Shown here piece after piece: positions 62,514 to 64,000 of a DNA stretch of 64,000 nt (positions within the stretch are counted from its first letter, which is position 1; each line of letters opens with the position of its first letter). The stretch covers positions 46,653 through 110,652 of the forward strand of contig DBQA01000007.1 in NCBI GenBank assembly GCA_002305675.1, read 5' to 3'. Both the position numbers and the translations under genes were made by a program. The notes beneath the pieces were generated by a model. The model made no database searches, was not told where the DNA came from, and saw only the letters and a list, made by a program, of their open reading frames with translations. This stretch comes from Patescibacteria group bacterium UBA1406. GTDB taxonomy: Bacteria > Patescibacteriota > Microgenomatia > UBA1406.

Positions 62514-63013
62514 TATTCAACGAAGGCCGTTACCCCAAAGTACATCTCCGGATTTTCCGGATCGTTGGTCCTGATAACCACCGCCCGTTCTACCTGTCCC
62601 TGCACAGGCATAAGCGCTGGCTTATAGATAACATATAGCTTGGCCTTTTCCTTGGGATTAAGGGTCAGTATGTAGTTGGAGTTGGAATGCATGCTGAACC
62701 GACCTGACTTCTGACCTCTGTACTCAAGCTGGCCAAAAGTACAGCCGCAGGTGGAGGATATGCCAAAAATATTCAGGGGTTTTTCACCTTTGTTTTCTAT
62801 CATAAAAGTCTCGGTTTTGGTATCCGAAACCTTCATTCTTCCCATATCTTTGCTGTTGCTATTAAAGGCAAGCCTGGGCCTTTCTTTGTCCGTCAGTTTG
62901 TAAAGGGTAGCTTTGGTCTCGGGCTTCTGTGTCTGTGACAGGTAATAAACACCATAGGTTACTCCCAAAAATAATATAATCAGACCCAGAACCCACCAGA
63001 CTGTTTTGTTCAT
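62513..63013 (-). CDS. DUF1573-domain protein (membrane-anchored)
   Basis: An N-terminal TM and the hallmark ISSTCGCTFG inside an Ig-like beta domain. Confidence 0.7.
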   Translation of the reverse strand: MNKTVWWVLGLIILFLGVTYGVYYLSQTQKPETKATLYKLTDKERPRLAFNSNSKDMGRMKVSDTKTETFMIENKGEKPLNIFGISSTCGCTFGQLEYRGQKSGRFSMHSNSNYILTLNPKEKAKLYVIYKPALMPVQGQVERAVVIRTNDPENPEMYFGVTAFVE

Positions 63014-63015
63014 GT

Positions 63016-64000
63016 TTAAGATTTAACTTCTAAATTAACTTTTTTCAATGTCAAGGCGTTGATGACCACGATTACCGACGACAGACTCATCAAAATCGCC
63101 CCCCACTCCGGTTTCAAAAAGAAACCGAGTGGAGCAAAGGCTCCAGCGGCAGCAGGTATGGCCATCACGTTGTATCCGGTAGCCCAGATCAAATTCTCCA
63201 CCATTTTCCGGTAAACGGCTCGACTGAGCTTGATTAGCCTGGCAATGTCCTCAGGATTGTTCCTGGTCAGGACTATGTCACCGGCCTCCACCGCCACTTC
63301 TGTGCCAGCCCCCACTGCCACACCGGCATCAGCCTGGGTTAGGGCCGGAGCATCGTTGATACCGTCGCCGACCATCATCACCTGATTGCCTTCGTCTTGG
63401 AGAGTTTTTATATGTTTGTATTTGTCCTCGGGTAATACTTCCGCAAAATAGGTGTCAATGTCAAGCTCGTCAGCTACGGTTTTGGCTACAGCTTCGTTAT
63501 CGCCCGTCAACATCGCTACCTTAACTCCCAGGGAGTGCAATTTTCTCACAGCTGCATAAGACTCTTCTTTAACTACGTCGGAGAGAGCCAGAAGACCAAT
63601 CGCCTCTTTTTGATCTGCGAGGAAGACTGTTGTTTTACCCTTGCCAGACAGCTCTTCATACTTAGTTTCAGCCGCCCGGCTTAATAATTTTCGCTCCTTC
63701 ATCAACCCCCTGTTGCCTATAAGGTATTTTTGGGAGTCAATCATACCTTCAATTCCTTTACCGGCAATATTTTTAAACTTTGTTGTCTCCGTCATCTTGA
63801 GACCGTCTTTTTTTGCTTTTTCAACAATAGATTGGCCAATAACATGTGAAGAATGAGTCTCCAAACTGGCAGCTGTCCTCAGTATGTCGGCCGGTTTAGT
63901 CTTACCCAAAGGAACCACTTCGCTGACCCCAAACTTTCCTTTAGTCAAGGTGCCTGTCTTGTCAAAAACGACATAATCGACTTTTTTAACCACCTCAAGT
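63016..64000 (-). CDS. copA: P1B-1-type Cu(I)-translocating P-type ATPase, C-terminal part (gene runs off window end)
   Basis: DKTGTLT, GDGINDAPAL, TM7 YNVMAIP (YN-x4-P) and TM8 MSLSS (M-x2-SS), the Cu(I) subgroup signature. The frame is open to base 64000. Confidence 0.85.
   Translation of the reverse strand, partial: LEVVKKVDYVVFDKTGTLTKGKFGVSEVVPLGKTKPADILRTAASLETHSSHVIGQSIVEKAKKDGLKMTETTKFKNIAGKGIEGMIDSQKYLIGNRGLMKERKLLSRAAETKYEELSGKGKTTVFLADQKEAIGLLALSDVVKEESYAAVRKLHSLGVKVAMLTGDNEAVAKTVADELDIDTYFAEVLPEDKYKHIKTLQDEGNQVMMVGDGINDAPALTQADAGVAVGAGTEVAVEAGDIVLTRNNPEDIARLIKLSRAVYRKMVENLIWATGYNVMAIPAAAGAFAPLGFFLKPEWGAILMSLSSVIVVINALTLKKVNLEVKS

Noticed and set aside
1-64000. CRISPR arrays, rRNA genes, IS elements, integrases, prophage structural genes, and an alternative genetic code (UGA recoding).
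   Set aside because: I saw no regularly spaced direct repeats, rRNA-like stretches or transposase/integrase-like ORFs. TGA terminates several well-delimited genes (for example PBP1A and DsbA), so code 11 fits.
55476-64000. Interpreting the Cys-rich membrane cluster as cytochrome c maturation system II (CcdA/ResA/ResB/ResC) or a mer operon.
   Set aside because: I found no Trp-rich WWD heme-handling protein, CxxCH apocytochrome, MerA/MerB/MerR-like sequence or MerT/MerP signature. The ATPase also carries the Cu(I) (P1B-1) TM7/TM8 motifs.

Overview
The window is gene-dense (about 70 genes) and mostly has mid-50s % G+C. It looks like a small-genome, Gram-positive-type uncultivated bacterium, possibly CPR/Patescibacteria-like. 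That placement is an inference from several features: minimal SufCBD-U, AspRS without a GAD domain, a short ValRS, a sortase, type IV pilin genes and many leaderless-type promoters. The standard genetic code applies, since TGA is used as a stop. Housekeeping content from 1 to about 51.6 kb includes rpoB (partial), ftsK, pnp-rpsO, a GT2-GT4-sufCBDU operon, yidD, tkt, a very unusual ClpC-like AAA+ protein, ftsH, argS, PBP1A, sortase, aspS, a D,D-carboxypeptidase, gltX, era, rpmH (missed by the ORF track), valS, a TsaC-TsaE fusion with tsaD, and a tRNA(CAU). Downstream of that tRNA the content becomes accessory. It holds an ATP-cone/PD-(D/E)xK nuclease plus a HIT hydrolase, and a 14-Cys type IV pilin next to a DUF360 protein and a divergent radical SAM/SPASM enzyme. 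It then holds an orphan receiver, followed by the most interesting part of the window. This is a visibly AT-richer block (about 56.7-64 kb, running off the window) of translationally coupled genes behind a Cu(I) P1B-ATPase. The block encodes DUF1573, a CcdA-like/YHS fusion, a CCAHH membrane protein, a cupredoxin, DsbA, two paralogous CxxC four-TM proteins, a DUF3105-like protein and a DsbD_2-cupredoxin fusion. I read it as a candidate extracytoplasmic copper/thiol-handling system with no described counterpart that I recognise. Other notable signals are two leaderless upstream mini-ORFs coupled to intrinsic terminators (before a GNAT fusion gene and before an ATP-grasp-argS operon), and a recurrent TATAAT-N5-10-ATG promoter architecture. 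I saw no rRNA, CRISPR array, transposase or integrase. All family assignments come from motif recognition by eye; no database search was run.
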